A stretch of 61,855 nucleotides of DNA, filler included, from Stramenopiles sp. TOSAG23-3 (GCA_900128585.1; 25 parts of 25 records of this genome joined end to end with filler, not necessarily neighbours in it); one strand, 5' to 3'. Positions 44,603 to 54,475 are shown, numbered from the whole stretch's first letter. A program made the numbers and translations. Notes: a model not told the origin generated them from the sequence alone.

Positions 44603-44750
44603 TANNNNNNNNNNNNNNNNNNNNNNNNNNNNNNNNNNNNNNNNNNNNTTAATTAATTAANNNNNNNNNNNNNNNNNNNNNNNNNNNNNNNNNNNNNNNN
44701 NNNNAGAACAACCGGATTAGGCGTGCTAACTTCGAACTAGCAAGTGCAAG

Positions 44751-45422
44751 ATGCCCACTTATCGTTTTCCGGAAGCCGTCAAGGCAGGCAATATTCCCTT
44801 TTCACAGGGACGCGAGTACAAGCCGACAATAGGAATTGGTAGACTTGTTGCGAAAGAATCTGTGAGAGTGAAAACGGCAAACACATTGGTAAGGACGCTC
44901 GGGGCCTCCGATGCCATGACAATGTCCAGGTCATCCCTGGGCCTTTCGAGGAGTTCTTCAACCCCGGCCCTTGTCCTCCCAGTGTGGAATAAGAATTTTA
45001 AAGACCATGTGCCGTCCAGGAGGGAAGTATTAGCAGAAAAGAAACTAAAGGCGAAGCATTTTACTGGCCCCCTAGGCAACTCGGGCACGAAGTGGACCAA
45101 ACCTGTGCCATACGAAAAGCCAGTGCCGGAATTCAATGTAGCCGAGCGTAGCCTGAAAGCAGCCGTGAAGAAGAAGACATTAGGGCGTTCGAAATCGACG
45201 TTGACGATGGGGGATGCGAAGAACGTTGGACTGCCGGAATACTTGTCTGCAAAAGACATTGACTCTTATTTTCAGGCGAAGAAGGAAGTGCAGAGGTTGA
45301 GAAGAATGCTTTCACGGGACATTTTGGGAAAACAGAAAAAGAAGTCAAACACTAGGCTAGATTGGAACAGTATCACAGTCAAAACTGCATCGCGAACAAT
45401 TCATGCAGGAATCGGCCACTAA
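44751..45422 (+). CDS. Hypothetical basic protein
   Basis: 223-aa ATG ORF with coding-like GC. Confidence 0.65.
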   Translation: MPTYRFPEAVKAGNIPFSQGREYKPTIGIGRLVAKESVRVKTANTLVRTLGASDAMTMSRSSLGLSRSSSTPALVLPVWNKNFKDHVPSRREVLAEKKLKAKHFTGPLGNSGTKWTKPVPYEKPVPEFNVAERSLKAAVKKKTLGRSKSTLTMGDAKNVGLPEYLSAKDIDSYFQAKKEVQRLRRMLSRDILGKQKKKSNTRLDWNSITVKTASRTIHAGIGH

Positions 45423-45479
45423 TGAGGACTGCGTTAATTTGGGCGAGCATGTACATAAAATATATGAAACACAAAACAT

Positions 45480-46002
45480 TTAATTATTAAAAAACAAAAC
45501 ATCGGCTGTTATTTATTAAAAGTAATTAACAAAAGAGACCAGTAGTCAACTTCCTCATCCGATGTCTCACTCGTAAATGAAACAGTCCTTGTGTGATTTT
45601 CCAAGCAGCGGCGTGAATGTTTTAAAGGTGCTCGTACATAAAATGTAAAAAGGAACTAAATTTTATGTCTTTACAAAAAATATTTAAAAATGCTGGTGAA
45701 CATATCATAATAGTCAAGACTAAGTGACAAGTGTATATTGATTACTGAAACCACAACTGTTGTGATCAGTTCGCAGTACATGAAGGAATGTAAACATCAA
45801 AAACAAGAAAATTGGCTGTTATTTAAGAATGTAAACCTCTAATGGACAAATGCTGAGTAGATTCATTTTCGCGGTATATTGAGGAAGCTAAATTTTAATT
45901 ACTACTTTAAATAACACAGCCAATTTTTTGTTTTTAAATGCTGGTGATTTTTAATTTACTTAATATAAAAATAACAGCCAATTTTCTTGTTTTAATTTAT
46001 AG
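45480..46002. mobile_element. Dispersed repeat family copy; contains perfect 25-bp inverted modules at 45800-45824 and 45969-45993
   Basis: Blocks shared with contigs 8, 10, 17 and 22. Confidence 0.78.
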
Positions 46003-46041
46003 AAATATAATACAGTGAGTGTAAACCTTCTTGTCGTTTCT

Positions 46042-47076
46042 TCACAGTACTTTCGCTCGTTTGGAGACCGACGTCGCTTGGCCGTTTCCGTCACTCCCGA
46101 CCGAGTCGCTCCGCAGAATAGGCTCTGGCATGGCTTCGTCACGGGACCGCTTCTTCCCCGTAGTGCCCGTGCCCGAGCTCTTTTTCGCATCTATCACGCC
46201 AGAAAGGGTGTACTTGTTTGGGTTTTTCTCTTCGTCGAAAGAATCGTCTTCCACGTGCGCGACTTGGATGACGACCTTCAACTCACCCTGGGACATGTCT
46301 GTGACAGTGAAGGACGTCCCATCGTGCACCCCCCCACCCGGCAGTTTCGAAATTGCCATTTTTTCAAACTGAAAAGTCCCTCCGTCCTCTTTGTCGTCCT
46401 CTACGGCATCGGGGTAATAGAATAATTTGGATGCGTCCGAGCCTACGGTGAACTCCGGCTCATTGAATCCTAGCTTATTCTTCAGGACATCGTCGACCAG
46501 TTTCTCCAAAGTGCACGCTCCCGTATCAATCGTGAGCGTAAGTGTTTGCATGCTGCACACGTAGCACCGCGGGTTAGGGGGGTCTAACGGAGACGGGAGG
46601 ACGACGTACCCTTTGCGAGTCGGAGCTTTGTTGACAGACGTGTATTTACACGACCGTTTCACATCGTCCCCGCGAAGGACTTTCAAGCATTCCAAGACTT
46701 CCATCCCAGCGACAATTGCATTCGTCGTCGCGATGGCGTGGACGATGTTTCCCGCGATCCCTTTGACTGAGAACGGGCTTTGTTTGGGAATGCGGAAGAT
46801 CTCCGCGCGCAAGTTTGAGGCGGCGGTGACAAAATCCAGCGCAAAATTGTCGTCCTTGTCAAATTCTAAAAACCCAACTTGTGCGCGTTTCTCTGGGCTA
46901 GACCAGAACTGGACGACCAGGTGCACGAGGACGGCAGCATTCTCGGCCGTGCTCCAGGCCTGCTGCTGCGTGACCGTACCGCCGCTTCCCAGTTTTGAGG
47001 ATGCGTCGACGTCGTCCACGCCAAGGGCTTCCAGGGCCAGCGGTTCCGGTTTGTGAGTGGCCCCCTTGTACTGGTC
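46042..47076 (-). CDS. UBA2: SUMO-activating enzyme subunit 2, C-terminal part (5' truncated)
   Basis: FDKDD...FVTAASNLRA..F.IP..S.F..K.IAGNIVHAIATTNAIVAG; PPNPRCYVC. Confidence 0.92.
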   Translation of the reverse strand, partial: DQYKGATHKPEPLALEALGVDDVDASSKLGSGGTVTQQQAWSTAENAAVLVHLVVQFWSSPEKRAQVGFLEFDKDDNFALDFVTAASNLRAEIFRIPKQSPFSVKGIAGNIVHAIATTNAIVAGMEVLECLKVLRGDDVKRSCKYTSVNKAPTRKGYVVLPSPLDPPNPRCYVCSMQTLTLTIDTGACTLEKLVDDVLKNKLGFNEPEFTVGSDASKLFYYPDAVEDDKEDGGTFQFEKMAISKLPGGGVHDGTSFTVTDMSQGELKVVIQVAHVEDDSFDEEKNPNKYTLSGVIDAKKSSGTGTTGKKRSRDEAMPEPILRSDSVGSDGNGQATSVSKRAKVL

Positions 47077-47730
47077 NNNNNNNNNNNNNNNNNNNNNNNN
47101 NNNNNNNNNNNNNNNNNNNNTTAATTAATTAANNNNNNNNNNNNNNNNNNNNNNNNNNNNNNNNNNNNNNNNNNNNTATTTAGTTATGATTATGATTAAT
47201 ATTGAAAAATGATTTCATCGAAATCCCTAAAGACAGATACATAGCCTTATCATTCCAAAGTGTCTCATATCGTTATCCTCTAGATACATACCCTTAATTG
47301 TAGGTGGCTTTTCTTGTCTCTCCAGCCCTATTTTTCAAGTAGTGCGTGAAAGGAGAAAGGAGTTGTTTAGAATATATTGGAATGAAAGAAATGATGTGAT
47401 GATATTTCAGTGGAATAATAGTATTAGAAGATGATATGATATGGAAGAAAAAAAAAGAAAGAACGAAGTAGTTACATACTAATAGCATCAAGAACATCCG
47501 TAGGAGAAGAAAAAAACGAAAAAAATAATAATAAATAATAATTGAATTTTATAGTAGTAGAAGAAAGTAGAAGAAGAAATGGATAAAATAGGAAAGGAAT
47601 GAATGAACGTTGCATTAGAAGAAAACGAAAGGGCTGAGGATTAGTCGAAAAGTTTAAGAAATTTATCTCACCACGGTTTAATACAAAATTTAGCGAAGAA
47701 GAAATACGAACTATAAAAAAGACGCGAACA

Positions 47731-48954
47731 ATGGCAGATACATACCTCCGAGAACAAATCTCCCAAAGCCCGGAGTTATCGGAAACTTACAGCGAACTTT
47801 TGTCCCTTTACGAGAACAAACAATGGCACCAGCTTACGCATAAATTGTCTGCGCTCGTTTCAGACCGTAAAGGGTGGAAGAACGAGAACATGGTAGATCT
47901 GTACCGCAACTTTGTCGCTGAATTCAAGGCACGGTTGAACCCAGTTAGTGTGGTTGAGTTTGGTGTTACCGCAGCGAACCAGCTTTATCCTTCTCGGCCG
48001 TACAACGCGGATGAGCTCGCCAAGGCCAAGGCGTTCCTTGGCGAAATCCTTTCATTTTTGAACGAGGGTACCTCTAAAAACACGTTGCTCGGCGCCAGCG
48101 CGGCCCTTTGCGACAACGCTCGCTTCCTTTGCGAGTCGGAGATCCTCTTGTTCGACATCCTAGGGGAGGCGGACGCGTTCGGCCAACAGACGTTGCTGCA
48201 GCAACTGAACGAGCGCCAGAAGACGCTGGAGGACCTTCGGAGCCCGGAACCTGTCGTCCAGGGGTCGTACTACAAATGCGCGGCGGAGCTGCACCGGGCG
48301 ATGGGAAGCCACGGAAAATTCTACAAGACGGGGCTTATGTATTTGGTGTTCACCCCGTCCGACAATATAGCACGCGGCTCTGGGATGGAGTGGGCGACCG
48401 ACCTGAGTTTGGCGGCCCTTCTGGGCGACGGAATTTACAATTTTGGGGAAATTTTGACCAACAGTGTCCTGACCTGCCTGCAGGGGACGGACAAGGAATG
48501 GCTTCGAAAAATGTTAGAAGTGTTTAACAATGGGGACATCGACGGTTTCCTGCGGTTGCTGAAAAGCGAAAAGTCGACGATCGCCGCCCAACGGCCCGAC
48601 TTCATGGACAAGGTCCCGGAGCTGACGAAGAAATTGGAACTATTAGCCTTGACCGATTTGATCTTTCGCCGCCCCGCGAACGAGCGGATTATATCTTTTT
48701 CCGACATTGCTGCCAAGACGAAGAAAAACTTGGATGAAGTTGAGATGTTGGTCATGCGGGCCATGTCGGTGGGGCTGATCAAAGGGGTCGTGGATGGGGT
48801 CGACCGAGTATTGGAAGCGACGTGGGTAGAACCTAGGGTGTTGGATGCCCCACAAATCAATTCATTGTGTGGTAGACTTGGTGATTGGGGGGACAAAGTG
48901 CATGAAACTTTGATCTTTATTGAAAACCAAACTCCGGAGCTGTTTCAAGGTTGA
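47731..48954 (+). CDS. RPN9: 26S proteasome lid subunit RPN9/PSMD13
   Basis: YENKQWHQLT; LAALLGDGIYNFGEIL; VEMLVMRAMSVGLIKG; WVEPRVLD (PCI domain). Confidence 0.95.
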   Translation: MADTYLREQISQSPELSETYSELLSLYENKQWHQLTHKLSALVSDRKGWKNENMVDLYRNFVAEFKARLNPVSVVEFGVTAANQLYPSRPYNADELAKAKAFLGEILSFLNEGTSKNTLLGASAALCDNARFLCESEILLFDILGEADAFGQQTLLQQLNERQKTLEDLRSPEPVVQGSYYKCAAELHRAMGSHGKFYKTGLMYLVFTPSDNIARGSGMEWATDLSLAALLGDGIYNFGEILTNSVLTCLQGTDKEWLRKMLEVFNNGDIDGFLRLLKSEKSTIAAQRPDFMDKVPELTKKLELLALTDLIFRRPANERIISFSDIAAKTKKNLDEVEMLVMRAMSVGLIKGVVDGVDRVLEATWVEPRVLDAPQINSLCGRLGDWGDKVHETLIFIENQTPELFQG

Positions 48955-49953
48955 GAAGACCGAAGAAGAAGGAGGACCTTCTTCTTATAATACTACGGAA
49001 CAGGTACTGTGAGAATTAACCCTAATCATAACATTATAAAGTATACTTTGAAATTAACAGATAACTTTGTTACTTAATAAGACGACTACGTCAATCATTT
49101 ATTTTTAGGCTAAGGAGGCTAATTCTGTATTCTGTATAGAGCAACTAGAATAAAAAGAAATAGTAAATAACCCTTTAAATTACGAACACTTCACCTATTT
49201 AAATATTAATTAAAATATTATACCTACGTGTACGTGTACGTGTACGCCATCCATCCATCCTAGAAGATAGAAGATCAAATCCATCCGTAGATCAATCCGT
49301 TAATCCTATTATATATAATTAAATTTAAGCATTTATTATTACTTATTAGTCGTTTATTAGAATATATTATTGTATACTTTAGATAGGTTTCTATCTTTCT
49401 TTCTCTTCTTTCTTTCTTTCTTTCTTTCTTGATGGTAGGGTACGGGGGGTAGGTATTAATACTAGGAGGAGAAGAGGAAGACCACAAGCTCGAAGAGGCG
49501 CGCAAGAAGCATATGCGTGAGCTCGAAAAGATGAGGCAGGACACACTTNNNNNNNNNNNNNNNNNNNNNNNNNNNNNNNNNNNNNNNNNNNNTTAATTAA
49601 TTAANNNNNNNNNNNNNNNNNNNNNNNNNNNNNNNNNNNNNNNNNNNNTTCTTTCTTCTCTACGGTATTAATAGTACCGTAGAGATTATTCCAAAAAATA
49701 TAATAATAATAAAAAAATGTGTTGTTGTGTGCTTGAGTGTTGAGCCTGTTCGTTGTTTATTTCATGCGCAAATTAAAATGATGCTAAAAAAAGTATTTTC
49801 TGCGCTGACGATTTTATCCGTTTGTGAATCAGTAGAGCAAAGTATTTGGGCGAAAGGTTTGTTTGTTCCACTAGGTTCTGTGCATTCGGTGCGTATGTAC
49901 ATATATATATATATATAATAGCAGAGCAGCAAACAAAATAAATACCGGAAAAT

Positions 49954-50898
49954 ATGTCCGGTGTTTTGGACTCCATCGACGTGTTGGCGTGCTTGAGGAT
50001 GGGGGCGACCGGGGCTTTGGGGGCGGTACCAGGTACCTTGTGCGCGCACCCTTGCGATGTGGTAAAAATTAAGATGCAAATCGGTGGCGCGAGCAACTAC
50101 GCCGCTGCTTTCAAAGACATTGTAAAGACCCCGAATCCCAAGACAGGGAAAGCCCTCGGTGTTTTTGGTTTTTACCGAGGACTCACCCCAGCAATCGAGC
50201 AGCGAATGGTTGCTCGGGGGCCCATGTTCTTGATTTCAGAGCTTTACACGCAAATTGTTGAAAAGACGACTGGGGTAACTGGGACGGGGGCGCGCTTTAT
50301 TGGCTCTGTGGGTTCCGGTTACACGACAGGGTTTTTGGCAGGCTTGGCAGAGTATCGAAAGAAAATGCTCAGTCAGTCTATCGTCACGGCAAAGGAGGCA
50401 CAGTGGGGTGCCATCGTACGGTCCGCCATGAGGTCCGGGAATGGGAACTCGCTACTGCGACGATTGCACGCCGCGGGGTCCTGCTCTGCCGTCTACGACT
50501 CTACTTTTTTTGCAAGCCAGTACCATTTGCAGCACGAGAGAGGGTTTTCGGCGCCGGCAAGTTTTGGAAGTGCGGCCGCGGCCGCGGTGACCGTTGCCTT
50601 TGTGTTCGATACAACGGTGGCTCGGATGATGGTGGTCGCGCCGGACCAACCTGTAAAGTCATTTTTTGGGCACATTCGTGAGCTAGTTTGGAACGGCGCA
50701 AAGCCGGTGGTGGGTGACTCTGCTGTTATGAGGTGTTTGCGCGGTGTACGAGTCGGCTTTCGCGGCTTGCCGGCTCGCATCGTAGAGTTTGGTATCAGTT
50801 ACACGGTCACTGGAATGGTGTCCGTGGTCGTCGCAAAGTACTTCGTCGACAAGGTGACCGAAAGTGAAGCGAGCAAAAACAACGATGACGGGGAATAA
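49954..50898 (+). CDS. Divergent mitochondrial carrier (SLC25) family protein
   Basis: HPCDVVKIKMQ; GFYRGL; GFRGLPARI; degenerate second and third signatures. Confidence 0.85.
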   Translation: MSGVLDSIDVLACLRMGATGALGAVPGTLCAHPCDVVKIKMQIGGASNYAAAFKDIVKTPNPKTGKALGVFGFYRGLTPAIEQRMVARGPMFLISELYTQIVEKTTGVTGTGARFIGSVGSGYTTGFLAGLAEYRKKMLSQSIVTAKEAQWGAIVRSAMRSGNGNSLLRRLHAAGSCSAVYDSTFFASQYHLQHERGFSAPASFGSAAAAAVTVAFVFDTTVARMMVVAPDQPVKSFFGHIRELVWNGAKPVVGDSAVMRCLRGVRVGFRGLPARIVEFGISYTVTGMVSVVVAKYFVDKVTESEASKNNDDGE

Positions 50899-51156
50899 AA
50901 CTTAAAACAAGAAGCGCGTGCATTGGTAGTGGCAATAAGAAGAGTTCGTGAAAAAATATTTTTGACGTAACCTTTTGGTACTACTAGAAATTACAGTTGC
51001 CTCGGTGCACGAGCATGTTCTTAAAGGACTAAATAAATTCAACAATATTTTTACACAAAACATAATTACGAGGGAAATTTGAGGGTCGTCTAGACACCGT
51101 TACTTTTGTACATAGGGAGCGTGCACCTACCCCGCTCTCGCTGCCTTTCCAACAAT

Positions 51157-52014
51157 TTAGGACGGGCTGGGAGTGATGGTGTCCTGGACGGCCTGCCTTT
51201 CGGCGGAAGCAGCTACTGCCCGGCGCCTCTCTTCGCGGTCCCGTGCATCGTCTCTGTCTTCCTGAAACGTCGCAAGGGCCATCTGGCGACGGCGCCGAAT
51301 TTCCTGCTCTTCTGCTTTTATACTTTCGCGCCGCGCAGCATTCTTCTTGTGTATTTCCTGCTGCGTTGCAAACGCAGTGGTCAGCTCGTTCGTAACTCCA
51401 CCACTGCCGCTCTCCTGAAAATTTACATTCTTCTTTTGAATGATCAAATTAAATTTTTTGCAATTTTTGCCACAAATTCTAGCCAGAGGCTGCCGAAACA
51501 TCGGAGAATCGGTCGCGTACTCAACGACTGGGTATGAAGAGCACAGGACAAAGCTCCCGCCACCGCCGTCCGTACGATAAGTTTTAACAAACTCGTGCAC
51601 GTCCACCATGCTCTCTTTCAGCCGCAGGAACGGCGCCATGATGGACCTCCCGTTCAGCTGGCGCACCTGAAGCACAACAATCTCCTCGGGTGGAACTGTT
51701 GCGCCGCTGGTGGCGTCCGTCATCCACAATTTGCATTGTTTCAGATACGGAATGTCTATTTCTTCCTTTTCCATCATAAATGCACCCTGCGATACGACGC
51801 TGGGTACAGTCCGCTGAAAACCCAGAGATTTCAAAAATTCTTCACCACCTGGGCGAGACACGACGCGCTTCTTGATAGTTTGGTTGGACAATTTCAGACA
51901 CAGGTACTTGGGATCATTCGAAGCCTTAGATATTAAATTTTCTGCAATCTTACCAAGTATTGTCAAGCAATCTTTCCTTTCATTTATGGGGTTTAGCGAC
52001 AACAAACGTTGCGC
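51157..52014 (-). CDS. PUB plus UBX domain p97/Cdc48 cofactor, 5' truncated
   Basis: PUB: LGKIAENL...PKYLCLKLSN..IKKRV...GGEEFLKSLGF; UBX: LQVRQLNG...F...VHEFV...FVLCSSYP. Confidence 0.85.
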   Translation of the reverse strand, partial: AQRLLSLNPINERKDCLTILGKIAENLISKASNDPKYLCLKLSNQTIKKRVVSRPGGEEFLKSLGFQRTVPSVVSQGAFMMEKEEIDIPYLKQCKLWMTDATSGATVPPEEIVVLQVRQLNGRSIMAPFLRLKESMVDVHEFVKTYRTDGGGGSFVLCSSYPVVEYATDSPMFRQPLARICGKNCKKFNLIIQKKNVNFQESGSGGVTNELTTAFATQQEIHKKNAARRESIKAEEQEIRRRRQMALATFQEDRDDARDREERRRAVAASAERQAVQDTITPSPS

Positions 52015-52114
52015 NNNNNNNNNNNNNNNNNNNNNNNNNNNNNNNNNNNNNNNNNNNNTTAATTAATTAANNNNNNNNNNNNNNNNNNNNNNNNNNNNNN
52101 NNNNNNNNNNNNNN

Positions 52115-52193
52115 TTTTTTGTGCGAATCGTTTGGGAATCTGCGATTGCCGTCGCTTGTTTCATGCCGTACGCGTTGTCTCTTGGAACAACCC
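52115..52193. repeat. 79-nt perfect inverted duplicate of the opposite contig end (54397-54475)
   Basis: Exact reverse complement. Confidence 0.95.
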
Positions 52194-52194
52194 G

Positions 52195-52551
52195 AGCAGT
52201 TCATATGTGGAGCCCCGTGTTGTACGTTCATCTCTGGTACCTGCAAATATCGTGATGCGCCGTCGTGTAACAGAGAAGGAGCCAAAACAAACGAAGGGGA
52301 GAGACAGCGCGGCACAAAAGGAAACGAAAGTAAAAGTCTTAAGTGAAAAAATTGATGCTACAGAAAGCGAAATCCGGGGTCTTGAAAAAGAACTAAGGAA
52401 GAGAAAAAAGACCATGCGAGAATTGATAGCAGCCCGATCTATGCTGCTACAACCAAATTCTGGAGGTGGTCTTTCGAACGATGATGAAGAAGACGAAGAC
52501 GAAATAATTCTGCTTTCTGCTAATCACGTTGACCCTAATGAGCAGAATTAA
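52195..52551 (+). CDS. 3' end of a coiled-coil protein
   Basis: KIDATESEIRGLEKELRKRKK and an acidic tail; 5' part replaced by the inverted 79-mer. Confidence 0.6.
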   Translation, partial: SSSYVEPRVVRSSLVPANIVMRRRVTEKEPKQTKGRDSAAQKETKVKVLSEKIDATESEIRGLEKELRKRKKTMRELIAARSMLLQPNSGGGLSNDDEEDEDEIILLSANHVDPNEQN

Positions 52552-52669
52552 AACAAATTTATTTATATATATCTAGTATGAGCAGAATTATAGGTTCGTA
52601 TAAAACATTACACCTTTTTAGGAGATAAACTGAAGAATTTAGGTTGTTTATCATTATTTCATTGAGCAG

Positions 52670-53220
52670 TACCACAGACAACGAGCCCCTTTAAACATTT
52701 ATGCCGCTGTGTACTTTTAAGACCAATCAATTAGAATCTTGACCAGAACTTGGGGAGGATCTGCAATAGGAGGAGATATTGTTCTTGAACTAAGTAATTA
52801 AAATTAATAATGAACTGCGAACTGAACTCTAAATGTAAACACTCGAGGTCTACATTCCTTCATGAACTGCGAACTTATCTTTGCTCTTGTGGTTTTACTA
52901 AATCGAATATTACCCTTGTCACTTGGTGTTGACTATTATTCCCCTGTGTACTCCATTCATAATCTGAACCGATATGATAGATGAATTAGCATTGCTTCCA
53001 GATGACCCATAATCAACTTCCTCATCCGGTGTCTCACTCATAGATGACTCATTCCTTGTGTGATTTTCAAAGCAGCGGCGTAATTGTTTTAGTTCTTTTA
53101 TAATATTTTAGATTAAAATTAACTGTGAATTTGATTTAGTTTGAGCTGAGATTGTTTTTTGGTATTATAAAAGGTTAAATAGGTAATTACTTAAATAACA
53201 GCCAATTTTCTTGTTCTTAC
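52670..53220 (-). mobile_element. Dispersed repeat family copy
   Basis: Minus-strand KQLRRCFENHTRNESSMSETPDEEVD; AGTTCGCAGT.CATGAAGGAATGTA shared with contig 19; module at about 53185-53215. Confidence 0.75.
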
Positions 53221-53236
53221 GTAAATAAGGTACTTT

Positions 53237-54475
53237 TCAGTGTGCTTCTGGGTTGACGCTGACCATCACATGATCCCCCTTCGCAATTCTATCGGCAATA
53301 ATGCGCCACGCTTTTGCGCTGCCCAGAGTTTTTTTCTGTAGCGCTTGTTGAAACTGGAATGCAGGACGAAGTATTTGGGGGTGTTTTTGTACCGCATCCA
53401 AAAATTCTTGAAATGTAACTATACCATTGCCGTCTCTGTCAATGACGTCTAACAAGTTAAACACCTTGTAGCTATCACGCCCAAAGACTTCTCCAAGCAG
53501 GTCTTCCATTTCTCCTCTATCCAGCATCTCGCTCCCATCCGTATCGTACAGGTTGAACGCAAATTTCACAAGAAGCCCCCTTTCCATGGTGCAAATCTTT
53601 AATGAATTTTTGGCGAACTCCATGAACGTCATGTCAGAATCTCCGTCTTCGTCAAGGCATTGAAAACAGCGGTCAATAAAAGATTTGCAAAGATCAGCTC
53701 CAAAATAATTACTAAACTCGTCGCAATCTATCGAGTCACTGCCGTCTTCGTCTATTTTGTTGTACACCGATCGCAGACGTTTTATATCGTCCTTGGTGAG
53801 GCCGGGCACTTCGATATCGGGGTTGTTAGTCATCTCAGAAGCCATCTGCGGGTTTCCCCTGTGTTGCTGAACGCTCTCCACCTCATCGTCACTTGTGTAG
53901 TCCTTAACCTCCCCGGGGGCCACGTGGACCACTTCTTCGTGGTAATAATTGCGACCGGTCCGCTTGATCATGACAGGCTGAAGAAACAGCCAGACAGCAA
54001 ATACTATGAAGGAGAAACACCATCTCAGAGGTTCCATGTACGGCGTCAGGGCCATGACCCAATCAAACACAACGACAAGGGCGTGACTTCCGACAATTGC
54101 AGCCATAATGATGGCAAAAAATATTTGCAGCATCGTCCATCGAACCAATACAGGGTTCAACCGCTCTTTGTTTGTTTTCAACTCTTCTCGCCACGCCTCC
54201 AACTTCTTTTCGTAATTGAACACACCTTCTTCTGGGCGGGTAAGCGAACCGGGAGGCTTCAAGACACCTTGTGAAAATTTTCGTCGTACAGATGGTAGGA
54301 GCACCAATAAGAGTTGATGAAACAATGCCCACAATGCCCCTATCAAGAAGGCCTGCAGCCGCTTGAAGAACAAGAACGTCCCGGGAAAATACGCTTGGGT
54401 TGTTCCAAGAGACAACGCGTACGGCATGAAACAAGCGACGGCAATCGCAGATTCCCAAACGATTCGCACAAAAAA
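53237..54475 (-). CDS. Multi-pass membrane protein with four C-terminal EF-hands (calcineurin-B-like), 5' truncated
   Basis: EF loops DEDGSDSIDCDE, DEDGDSDMTFME, DTDGSEMLDRGE, DRDGNGIVTFQE; FAFNLYD. Confidence 0.88.
   Translation of the reverse strand, partial: FFVRIVWESAIAVACFMPYALSLGTTQAYFPGTFLFFKRLQAFLIGALWALFHQLLLVLLPSVRRKFSQGVLKPPGSLTRPEEGVFNYEKKLEAWREELKTNKERLNPVLVRWTMLQIFFAIIMAAIVGSHALVVVFDWVMALTPYMEPLRWCFSFIVFAVWLFLQPVMIKRTGRNYYHEEVVHVAPGEVKDYTSDDEVESVQQHRGNPQMASEMTNNPDIEVPGLTKDDIKRLRSVYNKIDEDGSDSIDCDEFSNYFGADLCKSFIDRCFQCLDEDGDSDMTFMEFAKNSLKICTMERGLLVKFAFNLYDTDGSEMLDRGEMEDLLGEVFGRDSYKVFNLLDVIDRDGNGIVTFQEFLDAVQKHPQILRPAFQFQQALQKKTLGSAKAWRIIADRIAKGDHVMVSVNPEAH

Noticed and set aside
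52115-54475. DNA transposon or Polinton bounded by TIRs
   Set aside because: The inverted repeat is internal host coding sequence, there is no transposase or integrase, and it lies exactly at the contig ends
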